Shown piece by piece: positions 62,950 to 64,000 of a stretch of 64,000 nucleotides of DNA. Source of the DNA: Podarcis vaucheri (taxonomy: Eukaryota); the NCBI GenBank assembly GCA_965113315.1, contig OZ220370.1; one strand, given 5' to 3'. The notes beneath the pieces are model-generated. The model did not search any database, had not been told where the DNA came from, and worked only from the letters and a program-made list of their open reading frames with translations. A program made the position numbers and the translations under genes. Every line of letters begins with the position of its first letter. Position 1 is the stretch's first letter.

Positions 62950-64000
62950 TATAGGCAATTATTAGGTCACAAGATTTGCCTTGCATCTGTTGGAAAGTAA
63001 CCCTATCTGTTTCGGATCGACCCCCACCCCTTCTCCATTGACTATAATGGAGAATTTAGAAACACCTATATAACTTTCCTCCTTTTCACATAAGTGAATG
63101 AAATCTGCAGGCAAAGTTGCTCCTAAAGAGTGGATTCAGCCTGCCAAATTATGGGCAGATCTATCTATAGGTGTTTCTACAAGGAAACTTTAAAAAAATA
63201 TTAAAAAGAGAAAGGCTCTTAACTTCTCCCAGAACTGGGTGCAACTTTCTGAGTCTGCTGACTTTCAGAGTGGGAGATGTTGTAGTTGCCCCACAAGCCC
63301 AGACTCTTTGCTTGGGTGGGGGGAGAAATAACCCCCCCTAGATTTTTGTGGACAATCGTCAGAAAACTAGTGACACAGGGATGTGCGCCCCCCCCCCGGG
63401 CAAGTGAGTAATAAGAGGCTGGCTGTGAGCAACACAGTTGCTAGATTACTTAAAGAACAAGCGGGGAGGGAGGGGGGAGAGGACCTAGCAAGGGGGAAAC
63501 TTTAATAATAAAAATATTAATTGTACTGCACAGCAAGAATCCAACATCGTGAAACCATAGGCACCCCAACACTGAAAAGAGGAGTGTGAAACTTTCAACA
63601 ATAACACCGAAGGGAGGGGGCAACAGGAAATGGAGAGGAAGAGAGCACAGTGTTAGAATTTTACAAAAACTAAGGGAAAATGAGATAACACAATTAAAGC
63701 AGGGTTTGTTTTGTTGGAAAACAGAGATTAGAATAAAAAGGAACAAATAAAGCACATGAACTACAAGCTGCACCAGATGACGTGGTTTAGGTCTTCCAGA
63801 AGCCATCTGCACAACTCATACACTTAAACCATCCAGGAAATATTAAAACATTACACATTGCACTTAAAACATGTTTTGCAAAAGAGCTTGTTGGGACCTA
63901 ATAAAAGCTAAACCTTGAAATCTTTTTCTTTAACTGTGAGAGGTACTTGGAAGCGGAGCTGACTGAGTGGTGGGGGCTCTGCTTCCTAGAAGGTCCCCTG

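Overview
Eukaryotic genomic DNA from a squamate reptile. Sauria SINEs and the L2/CR1/RTE and MITE families point to a lizard, probably a lacertid (inference). Two convergent protein-coding genes are present. CYSTM1 (+) has coding exons 4962-5196 and 23112-23218 (113 aa); its non-coding first exon was not located and is probably upstream of the window. PFDN1 (-) has coding exons 58553-58521, 52461-52295, 41248-41164 and 28551-28468 (122 aa) and a CpG-island promoter with NRF1/YY1 motifs. The rest is intronic or intergenic and rich in transposons. The most striking structure is a four-level nest in PFDN1 intron 2: a solo LTR contains a hAT MITE, which contains a ~2 kb TA-flanked pogo/Tc1-type element, which contains a Penelope-like insertion. 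That insertion forms a 95-bp near-perfect palindrome carrying a minimal hammerhead ribozyme motif that is intact on the PFDN1 sense strand. Related pogo-type MITEs carry different GC-rich hairpin or tandem-array cargoes. All calls were made by eye. Repeat family names come from recognition, not database searches, and repeat boundaries without TSD support are approximate.
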